A DNA stretch of 64,000 nucleotides, taken from the NCBI RefSeq assembly GCF_001194135.2, contig NC_068989.1:58448620-58512619 (forward strand), read 5' to 3'. Each line of letters begins with the position of its first letter. The first letter of the stretch is position 1. Below are positions 52,201-63,591 of the stretch, one piece after another. Both the position numbers and the translations under genes were made by a program. The stretch is from Octopus bimaculoides (taxonomy: Eukaryota). The notes beneath the pieces are model-generated. The model did not search any database. It was not told the DNA's origin and saw only the letters and a program-made list of their open reading frames with translations.

Positions 52201-55200
52201 CAGTAAGTGCTTTGATTATCGATGTTTTACCTGTGATAAAAGGTATGTAAATTATCAATTTAATGGAGAAGATGCAGAACCTAGTAAAATTTCAGTTAGT
52301 TAAAGGAGGCACAAAATCCCAATACCACGAGTTGTGGCTTTTTCTCAAAATGAGAAGAGATCTACAATTGATGATTGCAATGTATTCACTAAATATGTAG
52401 TGGGAGATTGACAAAGAAGCAACTCATAAAAATGTTAGACAGATAACAGAATTGATAGTTTCTTCTATTTAATAACTGTTGCCTTCAATGGTAATAGAAA
52501 GAATGAAGCATGTTGTGGGGTGAGGTATATAGATTCAGTATAAATCAGCAGAGACTGGAGAGAACTGAATCATTGTTTAATGTTAGTTTGTGTGCAAAGT
52601 TGAGTGTAAATAAGCTGAAAGAATGTCTGGGTAAAGGCATCAGCTGATTTATACAGGAAAGATGACTGTGTTGGTGTAGTGTATACTGACAATGAATGGA
52701 ATATAAGTAGATAGAAAAGGAGCCATCTCTACCTGCATTTGTGTAACCAACCACTGCTACAATAGGGATTTGTTTCTTCAAACGATTCTGGCGCACAATC
52801 GCTCTTTGTTTTCGAACTTTTTTCAAAGCCTTTTTAAGTTTCAATTCCCAGTCCTTTAAATAAAGCATATAACTTTCTGAAATCATTTCACATAGAGAAA
52901 AAAAATCTTATACTTGTTTACAGAATGATTCAATAGAAAAGCATGGAACTTAGGTCAAAAGATGACATTTTTATGAAATGTAGACTTATTATTTTTTGAC
53001 ACAATTATACACTACTTTCACTGTGTTTGTAGTAGCTGGTTTCAAAGAAGCATCTTTTATACATACTGTTCCAAGAATGTTGTTATGGTTATAAGTTCAT
53101 GCTTTTGTTAATTCCTTCAAATTTATAAAATCTTAAAAACTAGTTCTACTCTGCTAAGAACTTCACTGAATTACCTCTTTATCCACTTACTGTGAAAAAT
53201 TGTCTGCAAAATATGTGATATGGAATGCTGTTGACTGTAAACAAATTTCTGCTTGTCCTTTTAAATTACTAACTTGAACTGCCTAAAGTAAAGTTGTTAA
53301 AGTACACACACACTCACACACATCATCAACATTGTTTAATGTCCTTTTTTCCATGCTGGCATGGGTTGGATGATTTGACAGGAACTGACAAGCCAGAGAA
53401 CTGCATCAAGTTCCAAAGCATGGTGTGTACAGCTGGATGCCCTTCCTAATGCTAATACTTTACACAGTATATTGGCTGCCTTTTCTTGTTCATAAATATA
53501 TATATAACAAAACAGGAAATTGGAAAAACATTTTTGGTATTATTTATTCACCATTACATGTGTTTCATTTGTTAACAGGGGTTACAAAATTGTACATATA
53601 AGAGAAACATGTAAGATATCTCCTATTAGAAATTCTTCAGACAGAGAATCAAATAATATTTGAATCAATATTATTTGATTCTTTGGAAATGCAATGTCAG
53701 TCTGAATGAATGATGGAATACAAATGTATTGAGAGAAAAACTGGGTGTAAGAGGTACCATATATAGTGTGCAAAGGAGAAGACTGCTTTAATATGGGCAA
53801 GCAATGAATATAGACAAGGGAAGTATAATTCAAAGTTGCATACATTAAAATTTGGTGTTGATATTATGTTGTGCTCTTCTCCAAAACATATGACTTCACA
53901 CCACCTTAATTTTAAGAAGGGCTGTGCACTGAAACCATTTACTGTATGAATGAAATTAAAGAAAATAATTACCTGTAAATATTTAAACCGTTGTTCTAGG
54001 TACATTGGAGTTGTCCCACCAGTGTGTTTTGTACCCCCTGCAGTTATACTTAAACTACCACCATGGACAGAAGGAAGACGTGATCTATAGGGTACAAAAG
54101 AGATACAATTAGGCTTTTCTAAGAGTTTGGAAACTGTTTTCAATTATTACTACAATGATTTCTAATTGAGGGATGTGGCTACTAAATTGTGAGAGAGGTG
54201 TCAATTTAATTGACCTAACTACTTGACCACTGCTTGTTTTATTGACCCTGGCAGAAGAAAGGCAAACTTGAGCCTGGTTGGATTTTAACTAACAATAACA
54301 AACACAAATGAAAGTAGAAAATTAAATGTAAAAAAACACCAGAAAATTGAAGATACAAAGCAGAAAATCAAAGAACTGTTTGGAAACTCTTCCATGTATA
54401 AAGTTCAGAAGAGCACCAAGGAAGCAGCCATATTCAGTGAAAAATATTTCAATAGATTTATCACCACAAATGTATTCTCCAAAAAGATATGGAGCAGTTT
54501 CTTTAAAGTACTCTAAAACAGAAGGTGGAAAGATAATTTCTAACATTGGCACAAGTTAAATATTTACAGGGTAGATGAAGTCAACTGGTAGGATTTGAAT
54601 GTAATGAAAACAGTCTTCTAAATAATGAAGATTTATTTTGATAAAGCTCAAGATTTGAAGAAACACCAGGAAAGGTATCTAGCTCTAGAATAAACATTGA
54701 TTTTCTTCAGTAAGATATTCATTTTTTTAAGGGATATATAGTTGATTGACTTACTAGTACCTATTTTATCAATCTACAAGCAGAGAAAAGTCCTTATGTT
54801 TTACATTTATATACCTACAATTCTCTTTATCTTTTACTTGTTTCAGTCATTAGGCTGTGACCATGTCAGGGCACCACCTTGAAGCATTTGTTGAACAAAT
54901 TGACCCCAGGACTTATTTTTTAAAGCCTAGTACTTATTCTATTGGTCTCTTTTGCCGAACTGCTAAGTTATGGGGAGTAAACACACCTACACCAGTTGCT
55001 AAGCAGTGCTGGGGGACAAACACACACATACACATATATCAGGCATCTTTCAGTTTCCATCTACCAAATCCACTCTCAAGTTTGGTTGGCTTGAGGCTAT
55101 AGCAGAAGACACTTGCCCAAGGTGTCACACAGTAGGACTGAACCTGGAACTAAGTAGCTGGGAAGCAAGCTTCTTGGTGTACAGCCACACCTGCAATTAT

Positions 55201-58200
55201 TTTTGGGGAAAGAATTTTACAGCTACAAATCATTTAACAGAGAACAAGTAAAAGTTTGATGGTTTAGAAAACTGAGCTAATTCTAGATTTACCAGTCAAG
55301 AGCACAATTACATTAGAGTAGCACCAATATTTAAGATTGGAAACATCCAGACTAAATGCATAGCTAGACTTAAGTCTATAAATTCCATAAATATAATTTA
55401 TGCAGAATGCAAAACAAAAAGTCTGTTCAAGGAGAAATATTACCTGATATATGGAATTTCAGCCAAAGCCACTTGTAGCTTAACTTCTTTTGTTTTAGCA
55501 TATTCCTTGAAGATTTGTAACACAATGTTGTATCTAAAGAACAAAACAGATATGGCAGATATTTAAATTTTAAGTTATTTATAGAAGACTTTGAACTAAA
55601 AGTATAAATATCTATTCCAGTCAGTGTTGTCTCTTGTATTCTCTTACTGGTTTCAATAGTTAGACTGTGGCTATGCTGAGGCAGTACTTTCAAGGACATT
55701 GGGGGACTTTGTTGCAACAATTTTCTGCAAAAGTTAAGATATTGCAAAAACAAAATTCAAATAATGATGATTCCTGGAGTAGTCAACAATAAAGCCACAA
55801 TGTGACCCAAGTACTTATTTTACCAATTGTTAAGTGGTTGGCATTGGGAAGGGCATCCAGCCATAAAAACCATGTCAAAACAGATCTCACCAGTGCTAGA
55901 GCCATATGAAAAGCAGCCAGTCTACTCTGTAAGGTGGGTGGCATTAGGGTTTTCAACGGTAAAAACCATGCCAAAAGACAGTAAAGCCTACTGCAGTTCT
56001 CTGGCTTGCCAGCTTCTATCAAAGTGTCCAACCCATGCCAGCATAGAAAACAGACAATAAATGATGATGATGAGTGGTTAAGTTATGGGGCAGACATGGA
56101 CACAACATAAACACAATACCTTTTTTTAAAATAAATACAGTCTTGCACATATACAACTAATATAGAAGATGATAAAATGTAATATCATCTACAAGATTCA
56201 AATGCTATGTCTGCTGTGAACTGTAGAGTTGTGATAGCCTCTACACCAGAGCAACATCACAACTTTGACCATTCAAATTAAGCAGCTAAGACTAAATACA
56301 CACAGGAGGCTGTAGTACAGCCCAAGTCACTTGCCCAAGATTACATGCAGTGGTATTGAACCCTGTATGATATGATTACAAAGCAAACTCCTTAACCTAT
56401 TTTAACATATTGTTTTAGACATTTATAATCTTTTTCTGTAATGTATGCAACTAAATCACTAAAGCATTTATAAACATGTTGCAGGGTTATTAAAAATTTT
56501 ATCAATAACATTGATAATTTATAGAAACACTATAAATGTGTAAGTTAGAACTACAGATATACTGTCAATAGAGGGATGTGAAACACACTAGAAAAGAGAA
56601 TTTAGTTATTGTGGAGAAACAAATTTAAATAGATATCAAATTTTGGCACAAGGCCAGCAATTTCAGAAGTGGATGTAAGTCAATAACATCAACCTGTGTG
56701 TAAATGGTATTTATTTTATTGTCACTGAAAGGATGAAAGCAAAGCTAACCTCAGTGGCATTTGAACCCAGAATGTAAAGATGGATGAAATGCTGCTAAGC
56801 ATTTTGCTTGGCATGCTAATATGCCAGCTCACCACCTTAACAAATTTAAATATAAATAAAAAGAGTAAAAAGTATATCTTGATTACCTGTCATATACTGG
56901 AATTTTCCACACATTCTGAAGGTAAGTCCATTGAAGGGTATTTAACATGTTTAAACTAATAAAAATAGCTGTAACAGCAGGACAATTATGAATTTCACTG
57001 GTGAGAGCAGCAAAATTGCCTTTACCAAATACTGGTTTTGAATCAGGGCTCTTTGTTGCTACAATTTTCTGAAAAAGTCAAGATATTGCAAAAGCAAAAT
57101 TCAAATAATGATGATTCCCAAGTTTTCAAACAATAAAGTCACAAGGAACTATAATCAAAGTGAAGAGCTAAATTTTAAAAGTTCAAAGTTGTCTTAGCCA
57201 AATTAGAAGCAGAAAAGAGGTCTGCCCAGTCTTTTATATCAAGAGAATGATGAGTATAATGTATTTGAAATCATGACATAGTGAGTAAAAATAAACAAAA
57301 TAGCACAGAAAACAAATTTATATGGCAGACAGGAACCACACCTTGCACAGGTAAAAAGACAAAAAAGTTTACCTGGTATGGTTATGTATCCACAACTCCC
57401 TGTCTAAAAGCATTCTTCAGGGCACAGTTGAGGGAGGATGAAAGAGGAGCAGAAAGAAAAAGTCCTGGTTTGACAATAGTAAGGGCTGGACAAATCACAA
57501 CACAGAGAACCTACTAGGCATGACAGAGAACAGAGACCAGTGGTGATGGCAAATTATGAGTGTGTCTAGAGTGGCACCCCAACATCTGGCCGCATCAGTC
57601 AAGGGATCTTGATGATGATAATATAGGCATATTTGCCTCAAAACAAAGGAAAAAGGCTGGGAGGTGTCTTTATTAACCCCTCTCTTCATATCTGGTATGT
57701 TGCCAGCTGAGTGTGAGATACTTAGCGTCTTGACCTAAAGTACAGAGCACACATGATTTAAATTCTTGATTCTTTAATACATGTTTAATTCTTTAATTTG
57801 TACATGTTTAATTCTTTAATCTGTACATGTACTAAAGAATCAAGAACATAAATTAGCACATATTAATCTATAAGGTAGTGGATTCACAGAATCAGCATGT
57901 TAGACAAAATGCTTTGTGGTATTTACTGCCCTTTATGACTGTCTACTTGTCTGTATATCTATACACATACATACATCAGCACCATTTAACATCTTTTCTA
58001 TGTTTGCATGGGTCAGATTGAATTTGCTGAGGCATATTTACTAAAGCTGGATGCCCTTCCTGACACAAACCCTCACTTGTATTCAAGCAAAGTAATACCA
58101 CACAACGACAAGACAAGGGTGCAGACACACACACGTACTTGCATATGTACATATATATGGGTGAACTTCTTTCAGTTTCTGTCTACCAAATGTACTCACA

Positions 58201-60884
58201 GGGCTTGGGAGACACTTGTCAAAAAGTACTGTGCTGTGAGACTCAGCCCGAGAAGCATCAACAATCACAGTTTATAATCTATAATCTCTGCATAGTATTG
58301 CTAAATTGTGAAGAGATTTCAAAAGAGTGTATCTTTTTAAAGTGATTATTAGTTGAGTTGTTAGAGTGTTAGACAGAATGCTTCACAGTACTTTTTTGAC
58401 TCTTTGCCCTCTGAGTTCAAATCCCACCAAGGTCAACTTTGTCTTTCATTTTTCAGGGTTGAGGAAAAAAGAATCACCCCATGGTAGTGGGTTGACAGAA
58501 CAGTAAGAATGTCAGACTAGATGCCTTGCAGTATTTCTTCTGGGTCTTTGCAACCTGAGATCAAATCCTGCCATGCCCTACTTTGGTGGTGAACTTAATC
58601 CCTCACCTAGTTTAAGAACCCCATCTGGCACCTTTAGTACCTTTAGCAGAGTTCATTCTGTTGCAAGCATTCAGACCAGGTTTTCAGTCTGAGGTTACCT
58701 TCTTTCCTTCCAACAGCCTTGGAGGCCCTATAAAAGGTCATGGGCACTGCCTTTCCTCCTAGCTAAAAGACTAAAGATAAAATTCTCAATATGCAAAAGC
58801 CTTACCTTTCCAACAACCTTCCAGTTAGGAAGTGTCTGAATGAGAGCAACAGATTCTTCCAGTTGACTTGTTATAGAACTTAGAGACCTTTGTGGCCCCC
58901 TTTTAACATCTGAAATGAAATCAATTAATGGGTTAATGGCTAATCAAACATTATTCTATAGTAATCATATAGTTATGATATATATATTTTAAATTTTAAT
59001 TGTTTCAGTCATTAAACTGCAGCCATGTTGGGGAACTGCCTTGAAGAACTTTGTAGTCAAATGAATTGACCCCAGTACTTATTTTTTCTTAAAGCCTTTA
59101 TGTCTGACAACCACTGGTTTTCAAGTGGTGGTGGTGGGGGACAATCATATGCACAAAGATACACACACAATGGGCTTCTTTCAGTTTCTGTCTACCAAAT
59201 TCGCTCACAAGGCTTTGGTTGACCCAAAGCTATAGTAGAAGACACTGGCTCAAGGTGCCATGCAGTGGGACTGAGTCCAGAACCATGTGGTTGGGAAGCA
59301 AACTTAGAAAACCTGCATCTATGATTAAATCAACTTACTTGGTTGTATAAGAAATACTCTTTGTCCAGTGTTAGGGATGCTGAAGTATTCTCGTACATAT
59401 TCCTGATACTTTTCGTCACGACGCAATAATTCTTCAATGTTTTCTGAAAAATAAGAAGAAACCTTATTTATTTCGTGTTGTTAAGAGTATCTTGTTAATA
59501 ATGTTTATATTTTGTAAACTCGCTGAGCAAAATACTAATTCTATAAATTTCTGAAACACTAAAAGAATTATCTCCCATCGCACGAATTACTTTTGGGGTT
59601 TACAAACATTTAATAAAGCTGACTAAAAAAAAACAAACAAAAAAAAAAGCGATATCAACAAATAACTATGCTTAGCAAGAGAAAGGAATAAAAAAATTAT
59701 TATGAAAACAAATCAACTAATTGGAGCCAAAACATCAGAGTAAACTAATCTAACAAGTTATTATGTACTTGTTTAGTCCAGGGTTAGCCTGATCGAACAA
59801 GGTCTTCCGGCAAAGACATGCTCTTGACTTTTGTATATCTAGGACTATGAGGTGAGTGAGAAGGAAGGCCCCATCGTTGGTTTGTGCAGAATTCCTCTGT
59901 GCAGTCGCTCAACTGTCCTTAAATTTTGAATCTAAAACATAGATGGAGGCTATTTAATTATATTCTACTAAAAGATTTATAGGTTCTAACGACTGAACAA
60001 ACTACGAAATGTTTTCTTGAAAACGTTACATGTTACATTTTTCATTACAGAAGGTGTAGATAGACTGAAGCAATTACTCATACATTAATCATTATTCATT
60101 TCGAATGATTAGATTACATGAGATATTGACAAATCTGTGTATGAAAGTTTTCAAGAGGTGAGGAAGTTTTGTAAACCTGTGTTGCAATTATAAAATGTGT
60201 GAATCGTCGATGCAACTCACGTTTTATACAAGGAATATACAGTCTTCTTACGACTCATCGAAGTGTAATGGTTACGGCACTTACCTCATTTTTAACGGTT
60301 CTTTGCATTTCAGTTGAACTCTGCAAGCTGCAGTGGTTGGGTAGAAGAGGACAAAACAGTGCTTCATAAGAACAAACAGCGAACGATAATCGGGACTAAT
60401 GTCACCAATAATCTGTACCTCACTTTATAAACAGCTAATTGTAACGCTGTATATAGCATAATGTTTATACAAACGAAGAACAGTGCAATATTTTGATTCA
60501 GAAAAACTTCTCAAAGAGACTAGCATAGAATAATGCAATGATTAAACATCAGTGTACGGAAACAAAATAAGATTTAAACCGTTCTTTCATTTCTCTTTCA
60601 TTCACAAATGAAAATACATAATAAATATTACCGTCGGGATGACCTTCTAACATTTCTTCTAGGTAACTGTTTGTACAAAAAAGACGACTATATTTTAATG
60701 TTGAGCTAAGTCTGCTTACAAAAGCCGGCAACTGAGAAGTTTTGTTACATTTTCTCAGGAGAGTATTTAGTTGTGAGTATTGTCTTTGTAAACGATGATC
60801 GTAGATAAAATCCGGTCTCAGAGCTACCTTAAACATATGTCTGAAACTAGCAAATCGGCAAGTGGTGCACTGTTGAAGCGTCAT
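46042..60884 (-). CDS. GTPBP6: Mitochondrial HflX-family GTPase GTPBP6, spliced CDS of 11 exons, 550 aa
   Basis: Minus-strand exons 60884-60632, 59443-59339, 58909-58806, 57068-56887, 55533-55444, 54084-53973, 52853-52733, 52230-52022, 51640-51492, 48952-48791, 46207-46042 join in frame (1653 nt, all GT-AG). Motifs: VFGKGNF, VYDRYNIVLQIF, KLQVALAE, G1 VVGYTNAGKT, G2 LFATLDVT, G3 DTVGF, G4 NKVD, C-terminal WLQQEA. The N-terminus is Arg/Ser/Leu-rich like a mitochondrial presequence. Confidence 0.93.
46905..47210 (+). mobile_element. Second tRNA-SINE family copy
   Basis: gtggctcagtggtt...gtgagtttgattcc...cttgagcaagacacttta; a minus-strand relative lies at about 3900-4205. Confidence 0.7.
47295..48665 (+). 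mobile_element. Helitron/HINE-like non-autonomous fragments flanking the N gap
   Basis: ACTAGCAGAAATACCCGGCGTTGCCCGGG-type start and ...aaattggttgcgtagttctcgag...acagacagac...tatatatagat-type end. Confidence 0.4.
47597..48375. other. Assembly gap (N)
   Basis: Run of N. Confidence 1.
48791..48952 (-). CDS. GTPBP6: GTPBP6 exon 10 (G5 region)
   Basis: ttttag|ENLESQ...CIYTNASSGVGVGKLK...RINMGSSLF|gtaagt. Confidence 0.9.
49240..50580 (+). mobile_element. RTE LINE 3' fragment interrupted by nested SINEs at 49549-50185
   Basis: FCCLGD...IGWRKF...VKGRLYDACV on the left and RRLHWFGHV on the right of the insertion. Confidence 0.75.
51492..51640 (-). CDS. GTPBP6: GTPBP6 exon 9 (G4)
   Basis: ttttag|DVVIHVRDISH...IEVKNKVDLLLC|gtgagt. 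Confidence 0.94.
52022..52230 (-). CDS. GTPBP6: GTPBP6 exon 8 (G1-G3)
   Basis: cacag|GKTSIIKALT...LFATLDVT...DTVGFISNIP...LEDAVIA|gtaagt. Confidence 0.95.
52733..52853 (-). CDS. GTPBP6: GTPBP6 exon 7 (start of G1)
   Basis: tttaaag|DWELKLKKAL...IPIVAVVGYTNA|gtagag. Acceptor chosen by phase and by HflX helix length. Confidence 0.88.
53973..54084 (-). CDS. GTPBP6: GTPBP6 exon 6
   Basis: cctatag|SRLPSVHGG...GGTTPMYLEQRFKYLQ|gtaatt. Confidence 0.88.
54826..55194 (-). mobile_element. Major SINE copy
   Basis: Reverse complement of the family consensus. Confidence 0.8.
55444..55533 (-). CDS. GTPBP6: GTPBP6 exon 5
   Basis: ctttag|RYNIVLQIFKEYAKTKEVKLQVALAEIPYI|gtaata. Confidence 0.94.
56887..57068 (-). 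CDS. GTPBP6: GTPBP6 exon 4
   Basis: ttttcag|KIVATKSPDSKPVFGKGNF...WKIPVYD|gtaatc. Confidence 0.93.
57300..57530 (+). mobile_element. RTE LINE 3' fragment
   Basis: KKFTWYGYVS... degenerate RTE C-terminal motif. Confidence 0.55.
58806..58909 (-). CDS. GTPBP6: GTPBP6 exon 3
   Basis: tttcag|NVKRGPQ...QLEESVALIQTLPNWKVVGK|gtaag. Confidence 0.92.
59339..59443 (-). CDS. GTPBP6: GTPBP6 exon 2
   Basis: ttttcag|ENIEELLRRDEKYQEY...QRVFLIQP|gtaagt. Confidence 0.9.
60632..60884 (-). CDS. GTPBP6: GTPBP6 coding exon 1 (putative mitochondrial presequence)
   Basis: ATG at 60884, MTLQQCTTCRFASFRHMF...LEGHPD, donor G|gtaata at 60631; phase fits exon 2. The start codon choice is uncertain; a second ATG follows in frame. 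Confidence 0.75.
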
Positions 60885-61050
60885 TATCAATTACGGCATA
60901 ATTAACGACATAAATAAATCGAACAAGCACTGTTTTTACAAAGGAACCGGTGTAATCAAGGGAGGCAACTCTCACGCGACCATTTCTGGTTTTAAAATAA
61001 GGCAACTTGGTGTTGTCAGCTGCCAGCCCAGGCTCCGTTGCTCGTCAGGC

Positions 61051-61053
<3 letters not shown>

Positions 61054-61139
<86 letters not shown>

Positions 61140-61170
61140 AAAACAAACAAACAAAAAAAAAACAAACAAA
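61054..61170. repeat. (GA)n plus (CAAA)n tract
   Basis: Seen directly. Confidence 0.95.
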
Positions 61171-61180
61171 CCCTGACAAG

Positions 61181-61340
61181 GTATCAGTTGCTCTCCGACA
61201 GTTGAGACCTCCGGCGTTCGCTATTGGGGCAGAGATTGCCGTCCGCAAGTGTGAGTCCCATAACTCAGAGTAACGGTTCCAGTGCATTTCTCTCGCTATC
61301 CTCCTAGGCAACGCCTTTTCCATTTTGTCCGCTGGTGCCA
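61181..61340 (+). mobile_element. 3' fragment of an RLE-type (CRE-like) retrotransposon
   Basis: VETSGV (RLE PxAVETxG motif) and FQCISLAILLGNAFSILS; homologous to 18259-18385. Confidence 0.6.
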
Positions 61341-61899
61341 TGAGAAATGTTTCTATATTGTGATAAACAGGATTCATCGTTAATCTAACGGAAGGAAATA
61401 CATGTTATATTTTTAATTGGCAGAAGTTAGAAAGCGGCTCAAGGGTAACGTGTAACTTCGGCGGAGATTCGGATCAGGACGCTCACATAAGTTGGATTTT
61501 CTCCGTTTTGATTGTGATTTCTCCAATTTTTTTTTCACCACGGCATTGGAAATGATGGGACACATTCTTCTGTTAAAAAAAAAATCACGAAAATTTGATT
61601 TTTATCTCCTCCTCACCATCTTACTCAGGACCGACTTTAGCCAATTTTTTTTTTGCCCTACGCATTTAAAAACCATGGGAGAAGCCTTCTCGGTAAAAAA
61701 ATTAAATAAATTTGGAAAATATTTTCAGACGAATAGGAGTGTGATTTAAGGGAGATCTGGCTGTTGTTTCTAGCACATTTCACGACCGTCCTCCTCGTTT
61801 CTTTGTCACTCTGACATGTATTGATGTTTCTCTATATTTTTCTTTCCATAAACACATTTTATGGAATGATGATGCAGAAGCAACACACGGGTGGTCCAT

Positions 61900-62462
61900 T
61901 GTTGGGATATAGACAACAAAATATTGGGGAGCGTTACTTTTGTCACGATGATTCGCGCCGGGTATCGAAATGCCAACATCATGGCTGCTGCTCAGTGCTG
62001 TATGAACACTGTAACAGTGTTCATACAGGCTGTAAAACCTGGCATGGACGGCTGAAACGGAAACTATGAAGTCGTACCAGCAGGAAGAGATACAGTAGGT
62101 GCTCTGACTGCGTTCGCACGTCAGAAATAGCCCAATAACTGATGAACTGGGCCTTAGCTGCCGGAGACTGTGGCCAATTCTTGGCTGGAGAGGATTGGAG
62201 CTGGAAGGTCATGTGCATGACAACAGGATTCCGCTTTTGCCACATCTCGAGAAAGAGTCAGAAGTGGTTGTCAGAGAATTTCTACTTCACTAACCCCATT
62301 TTTAAGCCTCCTAATACCCACGATTGTAACCCTATGGATTACCACGTGTGGTGGTGAGAGTGGGTGTGATTGAAAAAGACACAAACTACTCTGCCTGCTG
62401 CACCACGGCTGAACTGGTGACCAAGATCAAGGAGGTAGTTGACGATCTTCCCTAGGACACTG
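61900..62462 (+). mobile_element. maT/DD37D-like transposase remnant
   Basis: PPNTHDCNPMDYHVW (PPNSPDLNPLDY motif) followed by EKDTN...AELVTKIKEV. Confidence 0.75.
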
Positions 62463-62539
62463 AAATATATATATATTTTGCTTAGGCATTGTGAAACTAA
62501 TAGCCTAGTGTAGAAAATGCTTTCCCTTATATTTGTATA

Positions 62540-62598
<59 letters not shown>

Positions 62599-62647
62599 GT
62601 GACAACAAAAGAATGAGACCTTGGAGTTCATAAGATAATCGTTCATG

Positions 62648-62726
62648 NNNNNNNNNNNNNNNNNNNNNNNNNNNNNNNNNNNNNNNNNNNNNNNNNNNNN
62701 NNNNNNNNNNNNNNNNNNNNNNNNNN
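62648..62726. other. Assembly gap (N)
   Basis: Run of N. Confidence 1.
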
Positions 62727-62847
62727 ATAAATAAATAATACAGAATGGGACAAGGACGCAAAACATCCAGATAGACAATACCAGGAAACAAGGACAGGTC
62801 ATTCGGAGTTTTCTTTCCTCAGTCGAGATCCTTGCAATTTCGACTGG

Positions 62848-62886
<39 letters not shown>

Positions 62887-63339
62887 GTGATAAACAGAAA
62901 AAATAGAATTTAGTACTGACTGAAGAGTAATTTAAATTACAGTCGGTATGTCATGACCGTTATCTTGGGGTTTCTTTCTAACAGATTATGTCTAACGTTT
63001 GCCAGTCAGTTCTCCTTTTGGCTGTACGTTAAAGTATGGTATAGTTAAACGAAAAATAACTCACGGAAACACACGTCTCGGTCAGAACAAAAGTCAAAAA
63101 TTTAGACGAGTCTTTAAAGAAAACAAAGTTTTAACACCTTAAAAGAAATAACTAAAACGTTGAATTCCCCAGCCACCTCTACTGGAATATAGAAAATTAG
63201 TTGCTTCATGAGTTATTTCCCTTAGATTATTAAAGCTCTGTTTTGACTAAATTCTAATTTCCCCACTTGAACAACAGGTGTTGCCGTTAGTCATATTTGG
63301 CTAATTATAAGGTCAACAAATGAACGATACTAGAATACC

Positions 63340-63591
63340 TATCAGTTGAAGGATGCCGTTCGGAGTGCCTTTGCAACAACCACCAAAGTACAGCTTCAAA
63401 AAATATCACACAGGACTTGGCATCGCATCATTTTGTGCCACGAACATGATGGTGTTCATATAGACCTTCTCGATGTGTGACAGCGTCAATGAAACTAAAT
63501 CCAGTTCGTGCTTTGGAATACTACATTATTTGTTCTTCTATTATTCTCATTACTTTTTGTTAAGGGATAACAAGACTTTCGGACCACCCTG
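63340..63591 (+). mobile_element. Tc1/mariner 3' end
   Basis: QLKDAVRSAFAT...SHRTWHRIILCHEHDG C-terminus, then TIR ...GGACCACCCTG|TA. Confidence 0.7.

Larger units (their letters stand above)
59400..61500 (-). promoter_or_regulatory. CpG-retaining region around GTPBP6 exon 1, likely promoter
   Basis: Elevated CpG around and upstream of the ATG at 60884; (GA)n tract at about 61054-61138. Confidence 0.5.

Noticed and set aside
52854-54020. Alternative GTPBP6 exon 6/7 junction (donor after 54020, acceptor at 52876) giving HTESYMLYLKD
   Set aside because: In frame and 8 aa shorter, but the GTGGGA donor is weak and the main junction preserves the HflX helix length. Needs RNA reads.
54320-54560. 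A-rich open frames of 60-70 codons in GTPBP6 intron 5
   Set aside because: No recognisable domain, start context or splice frame.
61045-61377. 110-aa minus-strand ORF as an extra GTPBP6 exon or new gene
   Set aside because: Antisense reading of the CRE-like fragment running into (CT)n; no matching splice link.
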